From: Haliotis cracherodii
Lineage: Eukaryota
Assembly: GCF_022045235.1 (NCBI RefSeq)
Contig: NW_027266273.1
Coordinates: 16,988,001-17,052,000 of the forward strand
Reading direction: 5' to 3'
Length of the DNA stretch: 64,000 bases
The translations under genes were made by a program, and so were the position numbers. Positions within the stretch are counted from its first letter, which is position 1. Each line of letters opens with the position of its first letter. The notes under the pieces are model-generated. The model did no database searches, was not told where the DNA came from, and worked only from the letters and a program-made list of their open reading frames with translations. This document shows positions 14,365 to 25,984 of this stretch, in pieces.

Positions 14365-14879
14365 CTTTTAGGCTGAAAATGTGCCGGTATAAAGGCCATT
14401 GGTCCACGATAGATCTACCATACATAAGAATATTAAGTATCTAAATTATGTAAATCATAACTTTTTGCAGAATCATTTGTAAAACAACTGTTATCGAGAA
14501 GACTACAATGCATCGTATGACCCCCGATGTCACGATGACCTTTCAGGGATTCGTGAGCATAGGTTCTTTAATCTGTAGCTTCCATTATGCATGGTCTTTC
14601 TTTCCCGACAAACACATGAAAATGAATACCCCCGAGGCATTCACATTTTCAATTGCATAATACATCAACGTTCTCAGAGGGGATAGATATATCAGAGCAG
14701 CAAATCGCCCACATCTAAGTGGTGAATGTGATGCATCCTCCATATAAAAAATGAGTATAGAGCATATCAGAATGAGATACAAAAAATTAATGAATCCCAT
14801 CACTGCACCAATGCTGATGGAATTGGCAGCGAAAGTTCTGTCAAGATAAAAAAGAGTTTTTTTTAGAAATGTTAAACTC

Positions 14880-15250
14880 TAATAATGTGTAATAAATTGT
14901 TCTCTGTGTAATAGCGATTACGACAGTTGGGGAGCTTCAACCATAACAAAACCCCTGTCCCATTTGTAATACGTATAAGTTTGGTGTCTGGAGCCTTTGG
15001 TGTTTACATTTCACAACTTGTGAGGTACAATCGAGCATGTTCTTTCTATGAAGATTTCGAAGAACGTCATACGACTCTTGCTTAAACGTTCTTTGATCAG
15101 GGCTGCATTTAAGGCCTCAGTGAAGCTTTCAAAAAGAGTTATGGTAGACATGTCGAGTTCATCCAAAGTTGACACAAATTATGTCCGATGCAATTTCCTA
15201 ATTTCACTTGCATGATATGTTCCCGAGTGTGTAGTCGTAAGTTACATGTT
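14880..15250 (+). mobile_element. Penelope-like RT thumb fragment, duplicate of 10800-11200
   Basis: gcctttggtgtttacatttcacaacttgtgaggtacaatcgagcatgttct = AFGVYISQLVRYNRACS; upstream flank also shared with 10800-10920. Confidence 0.78.
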
Positions 15251-16292
15251 TGCAATTGATTCCGGAACTATTTGAAATATTTAACGACTTGGTGTTGTTA
15301 TGTATCTAGATCTACCGTGGACCATTGGCCTTTATACTGGCACGTTTTCTGTCTGACGTCAGCTAGGGTATTTACTGAGAAAAATACATACTCATGCATT
15401 CGTATCACAACGGATGATAACGTTTATCATAAAATGGGTGGGCAGGATAAAGCCAACGGATAAAAACGATATCCGTTGGGGTAAAATGCGGATAGAGATG
15501 CAAATATCAAAGGTCAAGTATGGACTAGTTTCAGTGTTTATAAACAAACAGGGCGTCGCCCTTGTCATTCGGCGATCGAGTCAGAATTACCATCGGGAAT
15601 CTGGAGAAACTACTGGGATAATTGCTATCATCATTAAAAGAATAGTCTAATATACTCAGTATATAAATCAGTGTCTGACTGTAACGTAGCTGAGGAATTT
15701 TACATGTTTTGGCAACTTTGGAGATATAAATTGCGGAACAATTTTGCGAGGGCACTAGGCCAAGCCAAGCGGGATATTTAGCCAAATCTGTGCTTGTAGA
15801 CATCTGCGGCTTGGAATCTTATCCACAAATAAAATAGTTGGATTTGGCCGAAATATGTTCCAACTCTGTTCGAATTGTTACCTTTTTTCGTTTTGTCGCT
15901 GCGTGTACATCAGACTACACTTCTGAACGTTATGACAGGACAGACTGTCAACAACGTCTGACCGTGGCCGTGACGTCTCATACACTAGGGTCAGAGTAGC
16001 TTCCCTTCGACAAAGGGCAGTTACTCTAGCGGACAGACCGATGGATTGCCGCGAAAGGCAAGTAAAACAATTTGTGTAGGCAATTGTTGTTTTGCGTATA
16101 TATGTTGTTTCGCCAAAGTATAAGAAGCATATTTCAGTTGGATACTGTCACTGTCCGACTGACACATCACTTACCCTGTGACGTAATATATTAATGAGCA
16201 CATTCCAGGAAAACTTGCAATGTTTCGGTAATGTTTGTGAGAGATGGAAAGGGTTTTCAAGCACAGAATTGAAGAATGACATCATATGATAA

Positions 16293-16410
16293 AGAGGTCA
16301 TCACGCTTGTGTGTTTGGGGATGGTAAATATCGCCAAGCTCGCTAAATACAATGTTTATTCCTAATGCAGGATATTTACCATCCCCAAACACACTCGCGT
16401 GATAACCTCT
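16293..16410. repeat. Long inverted repeat (40-bp arms, 38-nt spacer)
   Basis: agaggtcatcacgcttgtgtgtttggggatggtaaatatc vs gatatttaccatccccaaacacactcgcgtgataacctct, 37/40 complementary. Confidence 0.9.
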
Positions 16411-16777
16411 ATTTCTCATTACTTGCGTGGAATCTTGGCCAGAAATGGTCCAGCGCCCATTGCTTGTAACAAGGACAACTTCAATAAATGTTATGGTACC
16501 CCGACGGTGTAGATCGTTGCTCGTCGTAACAACCACTTGATGGAGATGAAATAGTGCATACTCACTCTTCCCATCCAGATTTGCCTTGATTCTTGGTTTG
16601 TAACCAGCAGGCTCTTACTCATGGGTAAGAACTGCATGACATTTTGGTGCCACGGCGTATCAGTGAAGTGCTGATCGAAACGTAATTAAATCCAACTCAC
16701 TCATTTATGATCACTAATATACATATGAGCAACAACATAGTTTCAGGGGGAAAAAATATGAATTTTTTTTTTTTTAA

Positions 16778-16910
16778 ATGTCATCGTATCCATATTGTGT
16801 GATGTTCATGATGTCAATGACTAGAATGTGTGGTCCAGACTCGATTATTTACAGGCCGCAGTCATAAAGCATAGCTTGAATATTGTTGAGGTGCAACATT
16901 AAACAAACAA
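16778..16910 (+). mobile_element. SINE family 2, 3' half
   Basis: atgtcatcgtatcc...tggtccagactcgattatttacag...aaacaaacaa; sits at the site equivalent to the SINEs at ~43.0 and ~49.4 kb. Confidence 0.8.
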
Positions 16911-19900
16911 AGAGACGACGGATACCAGGTTCCACACATTGTAATGCTTTGTGTGTCAGAACCAGGTTCAGTATCTAAGGTTTCGCAAATTGTTAAATGT
17001 TTGGCCACAGATGAAACAAAACTGACAACGTAAATGTGTGACATTAGAATATGCTCTAAACAAACATCAACTTAATATCATGACGTCCTCAATTCTGCTT
17101 TACTGTTCTGACATCAAAGAACAAAGGGGTACTTAACATTCTTGTAATACTTGGTTCTTCAAACAAAATACGTAGTCGGGGATGCTTGTCTGAACACAAA
17201 GTGTAATATATACCAACTTATCACTGTGAAACGCATCATAAACATGCGTACATGCGTGTAAACTCCAAGTGAAGGACATAAATTACCACAATGTTTTCCT
17301 ATATCTTCTTAATACGTCCCGGAAGAATTGCTGTACAGGAAATAACTACCCAATAACAACGATCGCCTTTTAATGGAATATGTGTATATGAGGACGTTTT
17401 ATAGCCTGATATTTACACTGCCATTTTCATTTAATCTTCTATGAAACTCTAAGTTCATCATTAAATGTAGAAGTAGCAGACATTGCTCCACTGTTCAATA
17501 TTCTTATAGCTCTGCTTGCTATAAAAGAAGATATAACTATTAAGGTCTAACAGAAGAACAAAGGAAACATAATCGTTTCCGAAGAACAGATATATTCACT
17601 AGATCAAAATCTATAACAACTGCCGGGCAAAGTAACGTGTACACAAGCAAATTGGATTTCACCAAATATTACAATCGTTTAACCTATCACAAACGTTAAT
17701 AGGCTGAAAACAGTCGCCGAAACAATGAAAATGTGAGGTCCGAAACACAAATATGATACCAGTATCAAATGCATCACCATCGAAAAATTAACCATTTCTT
17801 GTTTGTGTTTATTCCAGCCACCAACCATCTTAGATGGGCGCATACCTTTTGTTTTGTCCGGTAGTTGATAGACCTTGCTGACAAAAGACTTTTGGCAGAG
17901 ATTTCTTGTGAATATGGAATGGGTTTTGTCGCTTTTATTTACACGTGTCGATCATATTTTATGTCACACATTTGTTGGTTCGAGGGTCATGGTATATGCC
18001 ATTAATATATTGATGTACACCACTGTGTGCCATATCAAATCCTGCTGCCTGATACAATCTTCTCTTTGGAACGATCGATGCACCAGGCATGTCTCAAACA
18101 CAAACCTACTGGTATTATATCAGGCCGATGAACGTAATTTGAACGTTCGGCATTGTCGTTGTAAACGGAAGGTGGCAACTCGTTCAGCAGTCATTTAGGA
18201 TCCTATCGATACTTGGTACACGAGTAAACTTGATGTACATGAACACACCGAAGTATTGTCCTTTTCTGGACAGTGTTTATAATTAATACATCAATTAATA
18301 CCGCCGAGCATTTAACGCAATCGAGACATGTGAAATAACATTCTGAGCGGAAGAACTTCCGACTTTGACCTTTGTGTTTCAAATGAGAGTAGCCGGCCTT
18401 TGGTCAATGCAAGTGTTATGAAAGTTTATAAATGATCTCTGGAAGCGTCACGGGCCTAGGTTCACGTTCATCAAACACACTTGTTTCCATCAACAGCTTC
18501 TCTGTTATAGCCCTTAATGTAAAGATTACTCTTAATGTAAAATCCTTTACATTATGGGTTGCGAGTTAACCCTTGTTACAACCCTTAATGTAAACATTAC
18601 TCTTAATCTCATTTGGTCTTTTTACATTAAGGGTAGCGCGTTAACCCTTGTTAAAACTCTTAATGTAAAAATTACTCTTCGTGTAAAAACATTGAAGGCT
18701 GAAGTGAGAGATAATATTTGTATTTTACATTTAGGATTATAACTATGACATAATACGTATCGGACATTAATAAAATGTCGCAGATTTAATTGATCGTTAC
18801 TTTGTCTAGATGTGTAAATGATTAATCATGTTTAGATTCCCTCTTTAAAACGACCACCTGGTTGCTATGTGCAGGTTTTATAAAAGGATTTATGATCTAT
18901 GACTCTTTTAACCGATTTTTATCAACCCTACTGTAGTACAAAGGTTATCTTACGATACTCTACAAGGCAACCTCATTTCCGTTACTTTTATAATACCATA
19001 GCGACGGGAAGGAGGACTCTGATTGGTTGAAATGTAGTTATTCAATATGTATATGTGTTGTGGACATCACAATGTCCACACCCATGAACCTATAACTGCT
19101 TCGGCGGATGCGACTGTTCGGTGGAGTCATTTTGGCACAGCCAGGCCAAGTCGTAGATGGTGGTGGAAATAATCTGGCTCCCACAGGAGATATCGCTTGG
19201 GTGAGATCAAGCGATATCTACACTGTAGATATCGCTGCAATGAAATTGCATCACAATGCTTTGCAGACCATTGTGACGTCATTGTTACCATGACGTCACA
19301 ATCAAATGACATCACTAATGGCTCTGCTACTGAAGCTGTTGGCAATACTTTTTACACTTAAGACACTGCTTATTACTGTCTACCAACTGAAAAAGTTGGA
19401 AGATTGATGTTGGATGATAAATACACTCGTTGATAAAAGTAGAAAAAATCCTCGGCAAGCCTAGGAGTTTTATCACCTAGTGTTGATATATTTGATATCA
19501 AAAGACACTCGGATGAGATTCTCTATATTTCACAGAGTTTGGGGCATAGAATGAAATAATGGACATTTTGAAGCAGTATTACGCATATGACAGTTAAGCA
19601 TACACCAGAACCATATGATATTAAATGACAAGAAGTTGAATGCAATGATGTTTGTTTTGGTTTTTTTAAAAACACCCCGTTGGGTTTCACAAGTACCGGG
19701 TCGAGTCAAAAATGAAAAGTATTTTTGGTTACAATAGAAAGCATATATCAGAGGAAATGTTATTAACTTCGTACAAGGTGAGCTATAAATGCTACATTTC
19801 AATATATTTTATGAATACATCGTATTGGATTGCGAATAGATTTCTAATGACGGATGACGCACACCATACAAGGACGGATGGCAATACGCCACATATGCCT

Positions 19901-22330
19901 TTCGGCCATCTTGCATGTATGAACATAATTAAGCTAACCAGAACTGTCCCATGGGGAATTAAGTATCTCCCTCAAACGTATGATAATGTAAACATAAGTA
20001 TCCAAACGTACCTCTACAATCGCATTGGAAGACATAATCGCAACCTCTCTTTTTCATCTGAAGATTATATGAAATAGAGTAGAGTAGAATATTTAAAAGT
20101 GTAATCAGAGGCCTACATTCCATTGACATGGTAAAAACAAAAACCTATGTTATAACATGTCAATATATAAAATTTGACGAAATCGGAATATTTCTAACTT
20201 TCGACCCCTTTCCGTAGCTAAAATGTGCTTTGTGGGCAAAAATATATGTAAGATATCTTTGAACGAAATCGAACAACTAAATGTCGACCAATCAGATTCC
20301 CAATTTCCTATGCCATGGTAAGAAAACCTATTTGGATGAGTCCTGAAATTCATTGCACCTAAATACCAAATTTGAACGAAATCTCTAAATATCGATCAAT
20401 CAGCTCTAAAGCTGCCGCTTTCTGTTGCCATGAAAGCAAGGTTGTAACGTAAATTACGTCATATTGTAAAGTTTCCCAAGATACATCTTTGTACCAAGAT
20501 TGAAAACAATCAGCTCAATGACATGTTAGTAACGACAACTTAAAGAAAACCTGTAAATAACGACCAGGTTGTCATTGCTCAGCGGTTGTAGGAATATGAA
20601 AGGTGCAGTGTACTTACACAAGTTCCATGACTCAAGTTGAAGGAAAAAATATTCTATTGCGAATAAATATAAGAAACCGAGCGAAAACGATGAAAAATGT
20701 AAAAAAGCAAAAAGTACCATATACGTGTATTTCCAATCAAACTTAACAATAATTCTTAATGTAAAAAAACCCATTACATAAAGGGTTGCGGATTGTAACT
20801 CTTAGTGTACAAAAAATTACATTAAGAGTTAACGCGTAATCCTTAATGTAAAAAATATCACATTAAGAGTAATCTTTACATTAAGGGTTGTAACACTGCT
20901 CTAGACCATTCATCAATCAAAACCGTGCAAATCTAGAGATGTGTTATAAGTGGTGTAGTGGTTGCCTCATGCTTACAGAAGTCATTATCGAGAGCACGTT
21001 ATGATCGTCGCTTCTTTTAACAGAAACGCATATGAGCATCCTTAGAAAATTGATACTTGTCTTGTAAAACCTGTTTCTCAAGTAACTGTGCTGTTGTATG
21101 ACTTTCTTTCATGACTTCTTACCATTACATACAGTGTATGCACAAGGCCGGTCACTCATGGTGGTGGCACAGCCGCCTCAGATCAGTTCATTTTAACCAC
21201 AAATGTCAACGCCTAAAGCTTGCCTCCATATAACACTTTCGGGGACTAAACCATTACGGATTTCACACTTCACGAAGGACATGGCGGTCAAAGAATTGAT
21301 TATAGGAAGGTTTCAAGATGTTGGTCAACGGCCCTCACGTCTTGAACCTAATTATAAGGAATAACTATGAATCGTGTAACTCTGACGCAAGGGACAGTAG
21401 ATCAAAGAGACATGAAATGACAATTGACTTAAAATAAGGATGATTTCACAGTATTTCTTTTGACGGTGTAATGTAACATCCACAGGATAATGTTTAAATA
21501 TTACACAAAATGTCGTTTTCAAGACAGGCTTATGTTTAAATATTACACAAAATGGCGTTTTCAAGACATCCTTTCAAAATCGGATTTGAGATCATGAGGC
21601 CAATTAATTCATATGTATTTGTCGTAATCTCAAAAGAAATTCAAGAACATTTTCGTTTGACTTAAAATACACACATGGTCTTGTTTATTTGAAAGTTAGA
21701 CTGTTATCTTCGTCATGATATTATATGCAATGGTCATATATCTTGAAGGTAAATTGTAATGGAGATTAGTTTTAAACGCTTTGCGGTTAAGGGCGATGAA
21801 TTCGCAGCTACAATCAACATGAAATTAACAATGTGACCAAGGTAGACAAATTATTCCAATTTTCCAGAATACCCCTGGAGGACAGATCTCCGTGTTATTA
21901 CTACAAGATTGAAATCATTTCACTGAGCAACACCTTGAATCGATCTGAAGACACAGTACTTTAAAATGAGGAAACAATGACTTAAAAATATTAAAAATCG
22001 TTTGAAATGGGTTTTTTCAAATGTTGTAAACGTACATTATTCTGTGATACACAGCTCTGCATTTGTATACTTCCATGTCTTGCTGTACAGACACGTTGAA
22101 AACGGTGGATTCTGCCCGACAATTAGAAACCAAGTTTTTATACATTAAAATTTTGTCCCAGCGGGTTCGATCAATGCTCAACCTCGTCAGTGAAATTCAC
22201 CATAAGTCTAAATGTTGTCAGAATTCTCCTAAAGCAAGATCAATCAATGAAATACCATTTCAACACCGCTAGCGTCATATAGCTGCTTGAAATGATATTT
22301 GTGCTAAATGAAGAAAAATAGCCCATACTA
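16780..22330 (-). repeat. Inverted partial copy of the duplication unit (paralogous to 31920-32011 + 39684-43100)
   Basis: Collinear reverse-complement matches: 22130-22320 with 31920-32011/39684-39775; 21000-21960 with 40020-40870; 17940-18230 with 40920-41240; 16900-17620 with 42200-42970. Confidence 0.88.
18503..20895. mobile_element. Non-autonomous TIR DNA element with TGT...ACA ends (Ginger-like?) carrying nested repeats
   Basis: TIR tgttatagcccttaatgtaaagattactcttaatgt / acattaagagtaatctttacattaagggttgtaaca; subterminal cttaatgtaaa repeats; flanks cttctc / ctgctc (imperfect 6-bp duplication); lies in the segment missing from the inverted paralog at ~40.9 kb. Confidence 0.82.
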
Positions 22331-22589
22331 GTGAAAACAGAAGACGATTGCATTAGTTTTAGTTTACACTTACGTTAACTACCTTCTTCATACACATATC
22401 GCACAACTTCGTGTGAACCAAAATGATCTTACTGCCACAGAGTTTAAACTTTAACATGTAGTATTTAACATATTCCATGGACATACAAACATGTTTCGGT
22501 AATTCTGCTATTGGTAATGTTCACAATGGAAGTGCAAACTTGAAGTGACAATATCAAATCGGCCCATACTTAGTTTTTCACTAAGAGGC

Positions 22590-23500
22590 TTTCGGAACGA
22601 CCACTGCGTCGTGTTCATATGCAGGGTGTTGAGAAGATCAGCAACCCGGTAGAGTCCTTTGCTTGGATGAAGTCGGCTGGCCTGAAAAGTGAAACAGCAG
22701 AATTCTCACACGAAACCGTCAATGTGTGATTATGCATCAAAATGTAAATAGGAATTATAGATTAAGCAATGAATTTAATGAGACCGTCAAACATATAGTC
22801 AGTGGACGCCCAGCTTTGACACAAGCACAGTATCCTAAGCGACATGGCGGAGTGGCTCGATGCTTGTGGTTTTGACATAGAGATCGATCCATGGTACGAC
22901 CAAGAATTTGTAAAGGGCGTCAAGGAAAATGATCAATACAAAGTTCTTAAGAAAAGACCAGTAAACGGCCTCAGACCTATCTAGGCCAACAAACCAGATC
23001 TTGTCGTATTTGATAAACCCATTGAAATCATTTATAATATTGAACTTTCTGTCCCTTCTGACACAAATGTGATTGACAAGATTCGAGAAAAACATGGAAA
23101 ATGTGGGGGCCTCGCTTTCGAAATGTCACGCTTGCATCCCAAATACAAACTTGTCCGACTCCCCATTGTTCTCAGTACTAGTGCCTTTGGTTTGATACCC
23201 CGAATCTGTTGACTGACATTGGGAGATCTAGAGTACCCGGGTTTGCTACCAGGAATACAGCCCTTCTGACAATCCATGTAATGAAGGAGGCTGTAGTGTT
23301 TGGAAGTCTTCACATTCTCCGAAATGTACTGGGTGGGTTAGACTAGCTAAAGGTAGCGCTTCCTGGGAGAAGTTCGATTCGCTGTCTGGGCTGCGTGTAG
23401 AGGGGGTTAGGGCCACGAGCCTCACCAGCCTGTCTGCGCAAGGATCACCCAAACCCTCTTTGCTACATTTATTTATTTTTTACATAATCATAATAACTAC
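22590..23500 (+). mobile_element. 3' fragment of an RLE-type non-LTR retrotransposon (R4/Dong-like), decayed
   Basis: Conceptual translation: ESFAWMKSAGLKSET; ETVKHIVSG.PAL...Y.KRH.GVA (decayed zinc knuckle/RHD); ANKPDLVVFDK...IELSVPSD.N..DK.REK..K...LAFEM.RL...PIVL...FGLIP (PD..D/E nuclease); TAA-like 3' end. Confidence 0.85.
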
Positions 23501-23809
23501 ATTTCAGTCAATGATCATGGTGCTGCATTGATTACATGAGGAAAGTATCTATATGCAATGTCTATACTGTCCACAGATGGAGGAATTGTTACTGGTAACT
23601 TCATCAGCATGTAGAAGAAAAGAACAAGTATGTCTTTAATTCAGTCTTGAATGATGTTAGAGAGGGTTTTGAGGCATACAATGTGCATCGATCGTTCCAC
23701 AGAGAAGTTTGTATCTGGAAGCAACACAATATGGCATAATTCCCGCAACATGACCATTGAACCAACATATTTGTGCCTTGTAAAATATGATCGGCATATG
23801 TAAACTAAA

Positions 23810-24005
23810 TTATAACGATAAAATAAGAATTTTGTCATCTGGAAATCTTACACAACCAAAAACGGTTTTAAAATTTCTAGTACTTCCCAAATTAAATCAT
23901 TTATTTGCAACATCACCTGATCACCTGATGCTATACCAGAAGAAAAGAAATCTTCCAAAAGACAAAGGTATAATGAATAATCTGTAAACAGTAGATGGGG
24001 GCATT
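23810..24005 (+). mobile_element. Small L1/Tx1 ORF2 fragment
   Basis: NLTQPKTVLKFLVLPKLNHLFATSPD carries the same post-RT LPKLNHLF motif as the LINE at 33.4 kb. Confidence 0.65.
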
Positions 24006-25484
24006 AAATGTGACTAATATTTGCGGTTTTCAAAGAGCTACAATGCTACATAGAGACGATTTTCGCAATAGACATATGATGGGTAATCGCGGCATCTGGT
24101 ATGTATGAAACAGGCGTAAATTATAACATGTGCGACAACGAGACAATGTTCCATGATATCCTTGTTTTTTGTCAGACGTGACCTGTTAAAATCCTGGACC
24201 AACCAAGATTGTTATAACTCTCTACACATTTCCTGATGCGTTGGAGATTATCGATTTTGGGAAACGTGAACCCCACTCAGAGATCACATTCACACAATAA
24301 AACCATGTTTTGAAAGAAGACAGACCTGACTTTGGGAACAGTTGAGTGAATAACTATTGTAATCTGGAGATATTCTGAAATCAAATGGTGGCTGGGAATG
24401 AACGAACAATAAATAATTATTTATTCGATGGTAACGCTTTTGATACTGGTATTATATAAGTGCTTTGGTTCTCACATTTGCACTGTTTCGGCGACTGTTT
24501 TCAGCCTAGTAACGTTTTGATAACATTTGAAATCTTTTGGTCAAATCCAATTTTCAAGTGTATACGTCCTTTGCCCGGCAGGTTTTATAGATTATGATCT
24601 TGTGAATATAACTGTTCTTCGGAAACCTCATTTGCAATAGTTACGCCTCGATGTATGTACGATAATGTGACAGGGAAATGCTCCTTTGTTCTTCTGTTAG
24701 ACGTTAATCTGTATAGCTTCTTTTGGTATAAACATAGCAAAAAATATATTGACCGAGTAATAGGGATCTCCTACTTCTCCATTTAATCATAACATTGCAA
24801 TCGAATTTCATAGTTGAGCGTAAAATGAAACTATCACTGTAAATAACAGGCCAGAAAACGTCCACATGTTCATATATTCCACTGAACGGCGTAAATTGTT
24901 ATGGGAGGGATATTGTCTACACAACAATTTTTCCGGGACTTATTCATAACGGATCGCTTTCTTAAATGATTTAACAAAACGGAAAATGGTACATAATACA
25001 TAATAAATCCATGAATGATTTTTGTACAATTTATATACTGTAGCGTATTTCACAACTGCAACAGTATTATTTTTATTCGAGAAACCACTTTGACAATAAT
25101 ATATCTACTCATAGATCATGTCATTCAGGAAGAGTTGAAGTTGCTTTTAAGCATTACCAATAAATTCTGACCTCAAAAACTAAACGGAAAGAGATGGGAA
25201 AGAGGTCAGTATTTTAGTTTCTGGTACACCCACTCAGATGGTACTGAGCCCAATTAGCGCTACAATTGGTCAATAATTCACGCAGTGACACGTACAGACA
25301 CACACTGTTCAACCTCCATCACTAAAACCCTTCATTTAGCTCTGACGGAAAACCTTCATGACCAACAAGTCCTAAATGTATTTGCAATAAGTAGGGTATT
25401 CTGACTCATCACATGACGTGATCCAAAACGAGGCCCATAATGTTTTCCTAGTGACTAATTACAATCAACGGTAACAGTAAATCA

Positions 25485-25984
25485 TCAGGAACATGAGGAG
25501 TAAATAGTGTGACCTAAACGTAGCAGCTGCCATATAATGACCTCAACATGACGTTGGAGATGGGCAAACAGGACTCGGCCCAACAACACTGGAGACACAT
25601 AGTATCTTTTGATCATCTGCACGGGCCTGGCTTGTATGAGAACAAAAAAGAACGGCGTTCGTATTCAATGGTCCGAGTGGTACCAGGGTTGTAATTAATG
25701 TGTTGGTCTTCTTCTGATAGGCTTTTAGAAATTGGCGTACTAGGTAAGGATAAGGATCACAACTTATTTATTACAAATAAGAGTGACGTTTCAGCGTCGG
25801 TTGCTTAATAACGCTGTTACAACCCACACCATAACGTCGCTCCTATTTTAATCAAGAAGTTGTTCATCCATATAACTTATCCTTACTTAATGCGTAGATC
25901 CATTGTACGATGTGTGACATTGAGGTATTGTACAACTGTTCACCAGGGACCTTAACTATCCAAATTTGATCAACAGTATTTTTC
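25485..25984 (-). pseudogene. Exon-like coding remnant of an unidentified protein (copy A), interrupted by a palindromic insert and a +2 frameshift
   Basis: Acceptor ttattacag at 25985; removing 25744-25886 gives KNTVDQIWIVKVPGEQLYNTSMSHIVQWIYALTSTPISKSLSEEDQHINYNPGTTRTIEYERRSF; synonymous changes and a 3-nt indel relative to copy C. Confidence 0.5.
25744..25886. mobile_element. Palindromic insert made of two inverted Penelope-like terminal fragments
   Basis: gtaaggataag...aataagagtgacgtt / aacgtcgctcctattt...cttatccttac; right end aagaagttgttcatccatataacttatccttac resembles the PLE-like terminus at 61561-61593. Confidence 0.6.

Noticed and set aside
16371-16624. Plus-strand exon (tgcag acceptor ... 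gtaaga donor)
   Set aside because: Stops in all three frames; could only be non-coding, with no further support
22670-22700. Hammerhead-like ggatgaag...gaaa
   Set aside because: These are coding codons (AWMKSAGLKSET) of the R4-like element; no CUGANGA core
24010-24940. Decayed protein-coding sequence in the core of the duplication unit
   Set aside because: The frames I tried contain stops, some shared between copies, and no recognisable motif
25500-25700. Resemblance of IEYERRSFLFSYKPGPCR*...SCYV to abalone VERL/ZP-N repeats, or a selenocysteine read-through
   Set aside because: That reading depends on a 2-nt slip private to copy A; substitutions versus copy C favour the other frame, and the expected N-terminal cysteines are missing
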